From: Octopus vulgaris
Taxonomy: Eukaryota
Length of the DNA stretch: 64,000 nt
Reading direction: 5' to 3'
Assembly: GCA_951406725.2 (NCBI GenBank)
Contig: OX597835.1
Location: 17,422,001-17,486,000 of the forward strand
Shown: piece after piece, positions 26,455-42,410 of the stretch
Layout: the number at the start of each line of letters is the position of its first letter
Numbering within the stretch: the first letter of the stretch is position 1
Made by a program: the position numbers and the translations under genes
The notes under the pieces: model-generated
What the model was told of the DNA's origin: nothing
What the model saw: only the letters and a program-made list of their open reading frames with translations
Databases searched by the model: none

Positions 26455-26743
26455 CTGCATTCGGTCATGATTGCACCTAGAAATTTCCCCTCTGATGCAC
26501 GAGTGGGGTAAAGATTGTTTACCGGAGACCAACAGTCACCCATGCATACCAGTCCCCCATCTTAATGCCCCATCTTAATGCCAAGCTCGAGCGGCCTTTG
26601 CCGATATATTATGCCTAAATATAATACTAAAGGCCGATAGAGTTTTGCTCAAGCACACAACACATAGCCCAGTCGGGGAATCGAACATATTACCTCATGG
26701 TTGTGAGCTCAACGCTACTAACCACTGAGCCATGCTCCTTTAC
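26455..26743 (-). mobile_element. SINE family D (tRNA head plus CORE-like), rearranged
   Basis: Minus head gtaaaggagcatggctcagtggttag, B box gttcgattcccc, tgtgttgtgtgcttgagcaaaac; homologous to 30562-30795. Confidence 0.75.
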
Positions 26744-27174
26744 AAATACGATACTAGAAATCCAAATATTCAAGAAAAAAATTATCTCGACCTTCTTAAA
26801 ATGTGGGTGAGGGCATTAGTTAATATCATCTCAATATTTTGCTTGGATACTACAGGAAACGCACGGCTAAGGGTGATATATCTTTGATCAGAAATCTGAT
26901 TGATCAGACATGACCTGAGGCTAAACAAGAGAAGCGAAAATTCACTTCCGCTGTAAGACATTTCCTAGGAGGGAATGTAGTTGACATTTTCTACATCATA
27001 TTAAATTCTCAAATATCTTTTTAGCTCCATTTTCCCACAGTTGAGTATCATTCCATCATAGGCTTTCATCTCCATCAATCGATTCCGCAGACGCTATCAA
27101 CATCTTTTCTAATTGTCGCATAAAATATTTCATATCCATATAGATATATGAGCACTTGTATGTTCCCATATACA

Positions 27175-27206
<32 letters not shown>

Positions 27207-27343
27207 AATATATTTATGTATATATTGCATATTTATATGTATATACATATATTTTTATGTATGTGTATATACACATATATATATGTATATATATATATAT
27301 TTATATATATATGTGTGTATGGGTGTGTGTGTAGATATATCTA

Positions 27344-27398
<55 letters not shown>

Positions 27399-27804
27399 AT
27401 ATATATGTGTGTGTGTGTATGTGTCTGTTGAAATATACATGTATGTGTAGTTATATATACATATATAGATGAATATAGATGTGTGCGTGATTATAGCTAT
27501 ATAGATAAGTTATATATAAACATTACACACACACACACACACACATACACACACGTACGCTAACAAATATAGGCAGACCATTATGCATGCCTTTTAAAGT
27601 AAGATCTATACACCAATTTTTTTCTTCTTGATTTGTCTTCCTGTATATTTTAAACACTTTAGCTGCCATATTACTTAAAACTCCAAGCCTATCTCTTTAC
27701 TCATTAAGCTTCCATAGCGCCCTTTCTTGCATACGGACACACATGCAAACACAGAAACACACACGCGCACATGCACACAGACGCATAAACACAAATCACA
27801 CACA

Positions 27805-27815
27805 CAAACATATAC

Positions 27816-27846
<31 letters not shown>

Positions 27847-28007
27847 CACATACATACATATATATTTATATACACATACATACACAAATACATACATATA
27901 TATATACACATACATATATATATACATACATATATATATATATACATACATATATATATACATACATATATATATATACATACATATATATATACATACA
28001 TATATAT

Positions 28008-28056
<49 letters not shown>

Positions 28057-28094
28057 TATATACATACATATATATATATGCATACATACATACA

Positions 28095-28128
<34 letters not shown>

Positions 28129-28168
28129 CATACATACATACATGCATACATATATATATATATATATA
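27805..28168. repeat. (TA)n/(TACA)n compound microsatellite
   Basis: Direct reading. Confidence 0.95.
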
Positions 28169-29071
28169 CTTCCGTCTAATTGTTTCTCCCGATCTCCTCT
28201 TTCGCTCCTCATCTCTTCTCACTCTCTCTAACTGTCTCTCAATCTTCCTATCTGTCTTTCTACTTCTTCTTTCTTCCCTCCACATTACTTGGTTTCTCAC
28301 CCTACTTTAAACTGCCATGCTATTATTTAATTAACACCCCTGTCTCTCTCTCCCTCTCCCTCTCTCTCTGTCTCTATCTCTCTCTCTCCCAACCTTTCTC
28401 TCCCAGACACATTTTCTCCTACTCCTTTCATCAACCCCCCACTAGCAGCCATTTTCTACTTGTAGTCTGTACCTTTCTGCAATCCCTACGGCTTATCCCA
28501 CAATTCACACATCGTTTCTTTCAACCCAACAACAACAGCATCAAACACTAAACAACACCAACAACAACAACGACGACGACAACAACAACAACAACAGCGA
28601 AGGCAATTTAGTCCCCAAATCCTTTTTTTTTTATGTCGGTATATACGTGTGTGGTTTGTGATCGTTGTTTTTCCGAATTTATTTTCCATTTATTTTCTTG
28701 CTGTTTTTTTTTTTCATTTCGAATATCTGTTTTGGCTTGTTGTCAATGTGGACTGGTGCCATTAGAATATTCCAGAATTATTCTAACCATTTTTTGTTAC
28801 CTGGTTTCTATTTTCATTCCAAAGTAGTCAGCTTCATCCATGAATATTTGATCGAATTCCACCCCCACCCCACCCCATCGCTACCCTCCGCTCCCCCAGT
28901 TCCCCCGTCCTCATTGCTCCATCCATCTACACTAACCCATACCTACACCTCACACAAGCGAACTTAAACTCACAGCACTCCAAATTCTCGAACTTTCCAA
29001 CAGCTTCTGTCTCAACTCATAAGAAGGCGGCCATTAAGCATGTTTGCCTTTGTGTGTGTGTGTCTCTCTCT

Positions 29072-29255
<184 letters not shown>

Positions 29256-29930
29256 CTATATATCTATATGTATATATATATATATATGAGTGTGTGTGTG
29301 TGTCAATGTAAGTATGTGTACATGTACATAAATCCGTGCATATATATATATACATATTATATAAATACATACACAGGTTCATATATGTCCACATTTGCAA
29401 ATATATATATATATATGATGTATATGTGTGTGAGTGTGTGAATCTATATATATACATACATGCATGCACACACATGCACACATATGTATATATGTGTGTA
29501 CAGGTGTACGTGTGAGTGTTTGTCTGAGAAAGGGTGCTTGTGTGGGAGGATGCACTTCAATATTTGTTGGAACCTTGCTCTGCTACGCCGGAAATATCGA
29601 TTTCAAATATTTGTGAAGTTGCGGCAATATGAGATCGAATATTTCCTGGAAAAGAACCAAGTAAAAAATCTTCCAAACTTTGACAGCCAAATAAAATCCA
29701 TGCTAGAAGAGCTGGTATTGATGTGATGGGCAAATAATTAAACGAAAGCCTTTTTAGAATCGATATTCCTTGCAATTTTCTAACAGAATATTACAAGTAC
29801 CAGATTGTGCACCTTCAAATATACATTAAGATAAGCTGACAATTTGAATCTCTTCATGCATTTTTAAAAAAATGCTACATGGCATTATAAAATGTAAGCC
29901 AAGATATACTGCGACAGGCGATCGCTTGTT

Positions 29931-30238
29931 AATAGTCCTTTCTACTACAGGCCTGAAATTCTGGAGCAGGGGATAGTCTATTACTTCGATTTCACTTATT
30001 GCTTGGTAATAGTCCTTTCTACTATAGGCCTGAAATTCTGGAGCAGGGGATAGTCTATTACTTCGATTTCACTTATTGCTTGGTAATAGCCCTTTCTACT
30101 ATAGGCCTGAAATTCTGGAGCAGGGGATAGTCTATTACTTCGATTTCACTTATTGCTTGGTAATAGTCCTTTCTACTATAGGCCTGAAATTCTGGAGCAA
30201 GGGATAGTCTATTACTTCGATTTCAATATTTGCTTGGT
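29931..30238. repeat. Tandem array, 4 x 77 bp, derived from a SINE C 3' end
   Basis: Units start at 29931, 30008, 30085 and 30162; the last unit runs on into SINE C body (aggcaaagtctacctcggc, to ~30295). Confidence 0.95.
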
Positions 30239-30296
30239 AATTTGTTCATCGACTACGAAACGGTGTAAGGCAAAGTCTACCTCGGCAGAGTTCACA

Positions 30297-30470
30297 AATC
30301 ATCCTTTGTACTATAGGTACAAGGTTTAAAATTTAGGTGGAGGGTAAGACGATTACATCGACCCCACTGCTCAACTGGTACTGATTTTATCCATATCGAA
30401 ACAATGAAAGGCCAAGTCGACCTTGGTGGAATTTAAATTCATAACGTTAAGACGGACGCAATGCTCCTCG
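30297..30470 (-). mobile_element. SINE family C, degenerate
   Basis: acatcgaccccactgctcaactggtac...atgaaaggccaagtcgaccttggtggaattt. Confidence 0.8.
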
Positions 30471-30561
30471 CCTCCTTAAAAAGACTTCGAATAATGTTTG
30501 ATGGTTTCAATGCTATTTACAGGCGCTTACCTTTTGGTGTCTAGTTTTGGAAGGTTCTAAA

Positions 30562-30795
30562 GAGTAAACGGTAAATACCTCCTTCGGCCATGAATGCTCC
30601 AAGCCACCGATGTTATCCAAGGAGCCGACACAGCTTGGCACCTATGATGTCGCAACTCATTTCTATAGTTGAGTGAATTGGAACAACGTGACATAAAGCG
30701 TCTTGCTCAAGAACACAACATACAGCCTGGTCTGGGAGTCGAACTCACTACCCCGTGATTGTATGCCCAACGTTCTAACTACGTCCAGCTATATG
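30562..30795 (-). mobile_element. SINE family D with internal deletion
   Basis: tcttgctcaagaacacaaca...gggagtcgaactcactacc; homologous to 26455-26743. Confidence 0.75.
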
Positions 30796-30888
30796 TTGAA
30801 TACTAAAACAATTTAAAGTGAAGAATTACTCAATACATTTTACGAGAGTAGATAATTTTTTGACAAACACACATTTGTTTGACGTGCA

Positions 30889-31152
30889 TCATCATCATCA
30901 TCATCATCATTGTTCGACCGTGGTCGGGACAATGGAATTTACCATGCTACGCCAGACTTCACGGTCCATCATGGTATTACGGAGGTCATGTTGCTGGATG
31001 CCTGTATCCCTGGAGATTACATCAGGATAGGAGAGTGTGCGCCCTCTGGTATTGCGAGTAGATGGCTTCCAGAGGAGAAGAGTAGAAATTACTTCTTTTT
31101 CAGCTCTACAACAATGTCCAGCAAACTGGAATCTCCTACCTTTCACAAGAGA
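30889..31152 (-). mobile_element. RTE-type LINE, 5'-truncated 3' end with (TGA)n tail and 9-bp TSD
   Basis: Open frame VKGRRFQFAGHCCRAEKEVISTLLLWKPSTRNTRGRTLSYPDVISRDTG...MMDREVWR fits the RTE-like C-terminal R..FAGH..R, W.P..RGR, DR..WR pattern; TSD TGACGTGCA at 30880-30888 and 31153-31161. Confidence 0.9.
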
Positions 31153-31487
31153 TGACGTGCAGAAGAATGACAGTGGAATCGAAATTTCGGGTTCTTAGCC
31201 TGAGCCTGCACCAAAGTGTCTATTCATCTCGGCCCATGTAGGTGTATATTTATATAGGTACGTGTATCCATTCACATGCACATGCATATATATACACAAT
31301 CACACATATACCCCCCCACACACACACTTTATATAAACCACACAAAGATATAAGTAATAAAACCTATCTATTTATAGACCAAGTATTCCCAGAACCGAAA
31401 CGTTTCATTTTCAACCGAAAGTTTATAAAATTCAGATAACATCAATAGCAATATATATACAAACATATACGTGCACACAACCCCTAC

Positions 31488-31816
31488 ATATATTATATAT
31501 ATATGTGTGTGTATATATATATATATGTGTATATCTATATATATATGTATATATATATGTGTATATATATATATATATGTATATATATATGTGTATATAT
31601 ATGTGTATATATATATATATATGTATATATATATGTGTATATATATATATATATATTATATATATATATGCATATATATATATGTATATATATATATATG
31701 CATATATATATGTATATATGTATATATGTATATATATATGTATATATGTATATATGTATATATATATGTATATATGTATATATGTATATATATATGTATA
31801 TATATATGTATTTATG

Positions 31817-31851
<35 letters not shown>

Positions 31852-31902
31852 GTATATATATATGTATTTATGTATATATATATATATATATTTATGTATA
31901 TA

Positions 31903-31961
<59 letters not shown>

Positions 31962-31963
31962 AT
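31488..31963. repeat. Interrupted (TA)n/(TATG) microsatellite
   Basis: Direct reading. Confidence 0.95.
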
Positions 31964-32411
31964 AGGCGCATGCGCACACAGGCAGACGGACAGATAATAA
32001 CAGAAAAAGAGAGGCGCGTAGTAAATCGACTTATGAACCAACGAAGATGGCAGCACTGGCATTATTATGTAACATAGAATTCCGAAACGATATATAAAAT
32101 AAACGCAATTATATTGTTTGTATGGAACAACGAAATTACCTTCTAAATAGATCACCTTCTTAAATCGTAATTTTAAAAGCATTTCATTGTGAAGGAGTTT
32201 ATCAGGAATAAATAAATAAATAAATAAATAAATAAATACTAGATTGAAAAATTGCAATTTTTACCTCGGAATGCTTTTAGAGTCACTAAGATGCGTCTTA
32301 TTATCTCGTCTTTGTAGCAAATAAGAACAAATACTATATGCCATATATATATATATATATATATACATATATATATACACATACACACATAAATACATAT
32401 ATACATATATA

Positions 32412-32459
<48 letters not shown>

Positions 32460-32465
32460 TACATA

Positions 32466-32577
<112 letters not shown>

Positions 32578-34048
32578 TATATATATATTTATATATATAT
32601 CAAGAACCAACCGAATAAACAACTAAATAAGGCAATAAGTGTATCCAGCATACACAGACAAACACACACACATTAAGATTATATATACATATGTGTGTGT
32701 ATGTATGTTTGTATGTATGTATGTATGTATACATGCATTCAGATATATTATATTGTCTCTCTCCATTCTTCGAGATAGAAGAAGGGAAAATATATTAATA
32801 TAAGAACAATATAAAATATATTCATACAGCCTGAAAGGTGAAAAAACAGGTTAGAAAACCAACTGACATCGAACAAACGATGTTAAAGGACACACACACA
32901 CACACACACACACGCGCGCACATAGAGGTTCTCTCTCTCACACACACATACACTTACATGCACACACAGAGACTCATACACGAACTCATACTACAATATA
33001 CGTAAAAATCAAAGAAACAAACAGAAACACGTAGAGATATATTTAAACAAAAAAAAAAAAAAAACTGAGAATATCGGAAAAGGAAAAGGAAAAAGAATTG
33101 AGGAACTCCATGGAAAGCTTAAAGCTGGAGTAGGAAAAAGTAAAGAGAGGGAAAGAATGAGGGACAGAAATGGAAATATGAGAGAGAGAAAACAGAGAGC
33201 GTGAGGGAGGTGGAGGGAGAAGCGGGTTACATTACGGCTGCGTTAGTCTAACATTTCTTCTCCTCTAACCTTTAGCCATTTGTAGATACTCCACAGCGCT
33301 TGGACCTAATGAAAAATTCCGAAATCGAAAAATGAGATCTACTGGTTTCTTTCAGAGTTTGCCTTTGTGAAAATGTTTGCTTTTGTTACAGAGTCTTGTA
33401 GATGTTTTCATTCTAGGTAGCATCTATTGTTTGCTACTGTTTGACTATCTTCACATACAAATGAACGAACGATGGTCCAATGAAAGAATGTAATTTCAGC
33501 TTATTTCTTTCAGAAAAGATGGCTACTTAAATAGTACATGTTGTGCTCAATTGAACAAGAGAACGATTCAATACAGAAAATCCCTCCATTTTTAACTAGA
33601 GGAATGTTTTCTACAAAGAACACAACTAAGTAAACCGCTTCTAGCAACAGACTGAGAATTGTCAAAAGAACTATTCAGCTGCTTTTGTCGAGGAATTGGT
33701 CGAAATGTTTCCCTGCAAGAACTACAATTCATTGTATTCATACGTCTTATTTCTATTGCTATATGATACTGTTGTATCACTTCTTTTCATAGACTTGTGT
33801 ACACACACACACACACACACATACACACACACACACATGTATATTTTAGTAGATAGCCACTCAAAACAACATAACGTACCGGGTGATAGCATCGCTTATT
33901 TGTTTCTAAGTCAGCCCATACAAACAAACATACATACTTATATATATATATATATATACACATACATAGCTAGAGACATATATATACATATGTACATGAA
34001 TGTGTATAAATAGAAATATAATATATATATACATATATATATATGTAC

Positions 34049-34164
<116 letters not shown>

Positions 34165-34750
34165 GAAAGATAGTGAGAGAGAGAGAGAAAGAGAGAGATG
34201 GACAGACGGTTAGTGTGTGTTTTATAAGTGTATGAATTCAATATTAAAGAATTCGCTGGAATTAGTCAGACAATAGAGCACTCAACTCCGTAGGCGGTGA
34301 TCATAATAAAATACGGCGATTTCAATTCCTACATACACATACACACACACACATACATACATACACACATACATACATACGTAAACACATAGACACACAC
34401 ATACACAGACACACACACATATATATATATATATACCGCCTCTTTTGTTTGCATGTGCTGATAACAAAAGGCAGTTTCATGTTTTCCAATATGTAATCAC
34501 ATACATGTTTGCGTGGTCTAGAGACATCTTAGTTTACATCACGTTCGTTTAAATGGAAGCATTGCATAATTCGGATATCTCCATTGATATCGGAAAAGGT
34601 GTGATACACGCAGCTCTGTATGTCTTTTATCCGTTGCATGTTTCTGTCACCAGAGTACGACCATGCTGCTCCAACATCTTGAAGAATTTCAGTGGAACGA
34701 AATCAAGTCATCGGAACATATATACACCAGCAGTAGGTGTCAAATGGTGG

Positions 34751-36020
<1,270 letters not shown>

Positions 36021-36164
36021 TTATATATATGTGTGTGTATATATATCATGAAGTATATTTTCCGCTTAAGTGGCAAATATACTTCCCGATGTAGTGCACC
36101 TACTGTTTATACCCCGCTCAGAGATTTATTATTGTATTTATATATAAGTATATCTATATATTCT

Positions 36165-36375
36165 TTTATTGTTTTATCTGTTTCAGTCGTTTAACTACGA
36201 CCATGCTGGAGCACTGTCTTTTAGTAGGAGAAATCGACTTTAGTACTTATTCTGTATAAGTATGATACTTATTCTAGCGGTCACTTTTGCCGAAACGTTG
36301 GGTTACGGAGACGTAAACACATTAATATCGGTTGTCAAGCGATCATGCTGGACAAACACAGATACAAAGACACAC
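36165..36375 (-). mobile_element. SINE family A, 3' half
   Basis: tgtttcagtc...ccatgctggagcac...cttttgccgaaacg...ggacaaacacaga. Confidence 0.8.
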
Positions 36376-36440
36376 ATAAATATAAATGAATATAAACATA
36401 CATACATAATACATACGTATATATATATATAGAAGCCATT

Positions 36441-36483
<43 letters not shown>

Positions 36484-37719
36484 GTATCCACAAACCCATA
36501 GCCTTGTGGACACCTCGTACCAAACAAATAATTTAAACTTCCTACGTGATGAACGTAAAGAAACGCTCAGACATCGAGATTTCAATTTTAACCTATGTGT
36601 ATGCCTACCTACTTACACAGACTTTCACACACTCACAAAGACATGCACACACATATATATTGCACAAATACATGCGTGTGTATGTGTAAGGTGTTTGTAC
36701 ATATAGGTGAATACCGCATACATTATGATTATGTCAAATAAAATTTCATTACATTTACAGATATAGACACACACTGACACACGCCTACGCACACCTGTTG
36801 TGTCGCCAGCAACAACAAAAGGAAGCGAAATGTAATTAACGGATAAATAAATAATTACATAAGAATGTCTTTGTGTCACACGGTTGATATCGAGATGTAA
36901 TGCAACCAGTACCGTTAGTTACAGAATCTAATACATCATCTGGAAAGCATGACAGCGGTCATGTGACGAAAAATATTCTGAGGAAAAGACGACGAATGAC
37001 TGCGAAGGAAAGTTTGAAACGTGGAACTCTAATGCGCTTAAGTTATGATTTCAAATTCTGACTGAAGACCATCAATTTCGGGAAAGAAAGAAGCCGATTA
37101 TGTCGACCTCAAATATTCAAATGTTGCTTATTTCATAGACCATCAAATGAGAGGAAAAATCGACCCCGGTTGCATCTGAGCTCAGAAACTAACGTTGGAA
37201 GAAGTCCGTTGGAGAAAGAGAACAATTATGGCGAATTAATGCGGAACTTACAGCTCTTGTACTCTGGCTATCATCATAGGTGGTATTAGATTATGTACCA
37301 ACAAATTTGCAGAAAAATCTAGAAATATTCAGTTTTGCGGAGAAAGAGCAAAAAATAAAATGACGCTGGTTCTCCAAATCTAATCTATTAGTGACAAAGC
37401 GAACATTTTAAGACATTCCCAAAATTCTCCATCTGACACTCACATATGAACAGATGCAAATACTCGGGTGTGTGTATCAGCAGTTCAACCAACCCACCAA
37501 ATGAACCACCTATTTACAAACACAGAGAACACTCTTAATACCAGTAGTCTTGTTAGCGACTGGCTTGAACTCTCTCGAGAACTGAAATAAAACTCAAATG
37601 AAAAATCATACAAACATACATGTGTATGTGTGTGCGTATGCACGTGTGTATGTGTGTGTGTGTCTGTGTATGTACTTGTAATTTCTCTGTGTGAATCCTC
37701 AATTCTCACAACGTTTTGC

Positions 37720-37900
37720 TTGGTATGCTAAAACCACAGTATTCAGCTGTATTCTAAGTATACTACTACACACAAGTCGAATGATATCTAGCCATCAAGT
37801 GCTCAACTTGCGAACCTTATCGCTCCGGTTGAAATGGTTGTCAATTCTTATTTCTAAGCATCTGATGTTGGATGGCATGTGTATTTCTTCTCAAGAAAAA
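37720..37900 (-). mobile_element. Possible ancient LINE reverse transcriptase remnant
   Basis: Minus frame EEIHMPSNIRCLEIRIDNHFNRSDKVRKL loosely resembles the IKYLGI.ID..LN...HI..L motif; highly decayed. Confidence 0.25.
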
Positions 37901-38714
37901 ATTATTTGAACGCTTTAACTTTTACAAATTGTTTAAATTCAAGTTTTCCTTCATTTTGTTAGTAATTTTTTTTCTTACTGACAACCGATTTACAGCTGAG
38001 ATACGCCTGTTCTGTCATATGGCACGGAGACCCGAATTCAGATGGCTCGTAAATCTTGTGTGAATGTCGTTTCGACAACGATATTTTAGTTTTAGTTTAT
38101 GTTTACAATAATTTGAAAATGTGAAGTGTAATGCTGAAGATTCCAAAAAAGGATGAAATGATAACATGCACGGTTACTATGAAAATAAGAATTATATACA
38201 ACAAGATGTATTCTCTTCTTACTCTGTTGAGTCTGACAAAAAAAATCCTCTGAAGACGATAGATGCACTAGGAAGCGATTATCTCCCCCTGAACAACAAC
38301 TTGCTTTCGTTCTCTGTCGCTTCTATAGTATATAGAGCTTCTTGTAAGACCACCATAATAATATATTCTCGAGATCGTGCCGGAGGTTTCATATTCTTTT
38401 GATTATACAAACGTGACTTCATGAGTGATAGGTTTGTTATACACGTGTTTAAAAAAACTGACCTGCTCCGCAAAAAATGGCTGGTGTCTTGTAGATAATT
38501 TACGTGTAAGTTTTATATTTTCCAGTGCATAAAAATATCTAGTAATTATGGCTGTGATTGACGGGTGAGAAATAAAAGAAAATGAAGTATAAATTAGTTA
38601 TAGCAAACAGTTTTACACTTCCATTTTATCTACAGAACTCAACATGGTACTAAATAAAATATTAACGTTGCTGATGTTTCTTCAGAACAGGAAATTTGCG
38701 TATGCATGGATATA

Positions 38715-39353
<639 letters not shown>

Positions 39354-40009
39354 CGTATATATATGAATGTATGTATGTATGTATGTATGTAATGTATACA
39401 TATTTCAATACATCTGACTTAGTGTGTGAATATAACTTTATTAACTTTGCATACACTTATACACACGTATGCACACACATATATGTAGACACGCTTAAGT
39501 GTGTATATATCTGGACACACATACACACACACACACACATATATATATATACATGTGTATATGTATGTGTATGTAAGTATGAATATTCTAGAAGACTTTA
39601 TAACAACAAAGTAATTAACGTACACACACAGACACACACATACGTGCGTATGTTAGTGTAAATGAGTGCTTGTAGGTTACATGTATGTCTATATATATAT
39701 GTTTGTGTGTGTGTGTGTGTATGTATTTGTGCATTTGTGTGTGTGTATATATTTTGTATGTCATGTACGCAGTTACATTGTATATGAAAAAAATATCATA
39801 AAAATAAGTTGTGAAAATATTTTTTCTACTGATAAATTGTTAATGATGATGAAGTAATAGTTTGTGAAGAAACCGATATTAAAAGTCAATGGTGTGGACA
39901 TCTCGTCGTGAATATAGTGCAGACAACAAAACAACGAGATTGCTCCTATACGTGGTCCGTTGAGCCGCCAGAAATAGTAGTTAAAGTCTACTAACATAAG
40001 ACTGTATTA

Positions 40010-40543
40010 CAGCGTTTCCCAACCTGCGGTCCACGGACCGTGAACTAAATTCAAAACTTCATATATATATATAAAATTTATACATATATATTCAAAATTT
40101 CATATATATATATATAACTTTTTCACTGTTCTCGTTCTCTTAGCGTTCAGGCGAATGTACTGGCATTGACGAGACAACATTTGAAATATTATCTAGGTAA
40201 ATGCAACTGATGAAGACTGATCACATTTACGTTGTCAATCGTATTTGAAGAGTCCGAAACCTAGGTACTGCATTATCCTATTCTGGGTTGTCCATTTATC
40301 TAATGTTCTTCCTAGAGGTAAGACAAATTTTTCATGTTTGTTGCACTCACACCTCTTTGCCAGTATGTATACACAGTGAAGCTTTACCATAGCGTCGTAT
40401 TTGTATCGACTGCTATTTCCAGTAAATATTAGTGCCTTGTTGCACCACAAAGCTGTATTTATATAGATATACACATAAGGATAAGCCTATCAAAAGGGGT
40501 CGGTGGAAAAAGATCATTTAAATAAAAGGGTTGGGAACCATTG
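40010..40543. mobile_element. hAT-type MITE with an internal insertion
   Basis: TIRs CAGCGTTTCCCAACC and GGTTGGGAACCATTG, with subterminal ggtccacggacc / ggggtcggtgga; no clear TSD left. Confidence 0.75.
40194..40280 (+). ncRNA. Type I hammerhead ribozyme motif
   Basis: UAGG-ua-AAUGCA-a CUGAUGA(40207-40213) a-GACU..32 nt..AGUC-c GAAA(40256-40259) CCUAG GUA c-UGCAUU-au-CCUA. Stem I is 6+4 bp; helix III is the palindrome ACCUAGGU. Confidence 0.75.
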
Positions 40544-41143
40544 CCCTAGAATGCTGAAACCTGAAAGAAGACTTTTGCTAATTTTGTCCCAGATTTTCAT
40601 GTAGATGAACGTGGTTGGAGTTATCCTGCGGTGCTTGTTTAGATTATTTCTACAGATTTGCTATAGAAATTATCGTCAGCAATTATTTTCTTACGACATT
40701 TTGTATCCGAGACGCCTGAAACTTTATAAGAAAATCAGTGCTGGTTACAAATTTTTTTGTAACTTTGTAGAGATAACTTTAGCCATTGATGTAATAGCAC
40801 TGCTAACACAGTAGCATACAATATTGACTTATAATTCCTTGTATTTTATGGTTGTACAACGAAATACGGTGTCCTTGCAGGTCTTTAATTGTGCAGTGCA
40901 GTTGGTAAAAGCCAGCGATACATGGTGTCTGGAAAGGCGGAATGTTCACTGTTAGAACCTCATCGAACATAGGATATACCTGATTAGGTTTGGACTTGGT
41001 GGATAATCAACAACAATTATAATGACGGTGACGAAAGCAGCAGGAACAACAACAACAACAACAACAACAATATGTATTGCTATGAGACAACGAAAGAACT
41101 TATTTACGGTCAAACGACTTGCTAAGTATAGAACCTAAATCGC

Positions 41144-41355
41144 GAGTTGGCAGAAACGTTAGCACGCCGGGCGAAATGCTTAGCAGTATTTCGTCTGCCG
41201 CTACGTTCTGAGTTCCAATTCCGCCGAGGTCGACTTTGCCTTTCATCCTTTCGGGGGTCGATTAAATGAGTACCATTTACGCACTGGGGTCGATATAATC
41301 GACTTAATCCGTTTTTCTGTCCTTGTTTGTCCCCTCTGTGGGTAGTAAAGAAATA
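41144..41355 (+). mobile_element. SINE family C with 14-bp TSD
   Basis: TSD agaacctaaatcgc at 41130-41143 and 41356-41369; body matches 9262-9480. Confidence 0.9.
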
Positions 41356-41953
41356 AGAACCTAAATCGCCAACTGATGCTGTGCTGTCTTTAATCAAACA
41401 CGAAGGACATATCAAGCAACTTATTTTTTTTAAAAAAAGGAGGGAAAATGGAACACTTTTGATCATTCGGCAACATTCCGTTAGGGCTGACCTATGCAGG
41501 AAAATACAAACAGTAACAACAGGAATAACAATATTTAACATCTAAAAAGAAGACAGTATACACAGAACCACACTGAGTCTCCTTCACAACTCTAACACCC
41601 GTAGAATCCATTAGCTTCGATCTTGGGAGTTCTTAAATTTGAAACGATATATTACCTGATTCGTTTGAAAGGGGCCATCTTTCTTAAACAATAAAAGCGT
41701 AAGAGCTGCTATTAACGTGCCTCTTAGTGGCGGTTTATTGTGTTGGCGGTATAAAGTGTTCAGTGTGAGTAGTGTTTAAGAATTTCTGTTCAAGAAAGTG
41801 AGAATTTGGGAATAGTAAATAACGAATGAAGAAACCAGATTTATTTCTGCTGCGTTGCCTTCTGTAAAGTAGAATTTATGTCCAGAAGCTGAGTCTAGAA
41901 TGGTGTCGATAGGAGGAGGTGAAAGTTTGCTTGAAATTAGTGAGTGAGTGTGT

Positions 41954-41986
<33 letters not shown>

Positions 41987-42064
41987 GTAAAGAAAGAGAC
42001 TAACGAGTAAAACGTTATAAAGAATGGTGCGATGTAAGAGAAAGAAGGCGAGATAGAAAGATAA

Positions 42065-42065
<1 letters not shown>

Positions 42066-42100
<35 letters not shown>

Positions 42101-42188
42101 GTACATACATATGTGTATATATATATATACATACATATATATATATATACATACATATATATATATATACACACATATATATATATAT

Positions 42189-42279
<91 letters not shown>

Positions 42280-42352
42280 CACATATATATATACACATAT
42301 ATATATATATACACATATATATATATATATACATACATACATATATATATAT

Positions 42353-42403
<51 letters not shown>

Positions 42404-42410
42404 TATATAT
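42066..42410. repeat. (TA)n/(TACA) compound microsatellite
   Basis: Direct reading. Confidence 0.95.

Noticed and set aside
29931-30238. CRISPR-like array
   Set aside because: Contiguous identical units with no unique spacers; eukaryotic, SINE-derived.
33255-33340. Splice-acceptor-like site (ctctaacctttag) with short frame PFVDTPQRLDLMKNSEIEK*
   Set aside because: No recognisable product or partner exon; cannot be supported without transcript data.
38131-38167. CUGAAGA-UUCC..GGAU-GAAA hammerhead-like string
   Set aside because: Stems I and III do not pair in register; likely chance.
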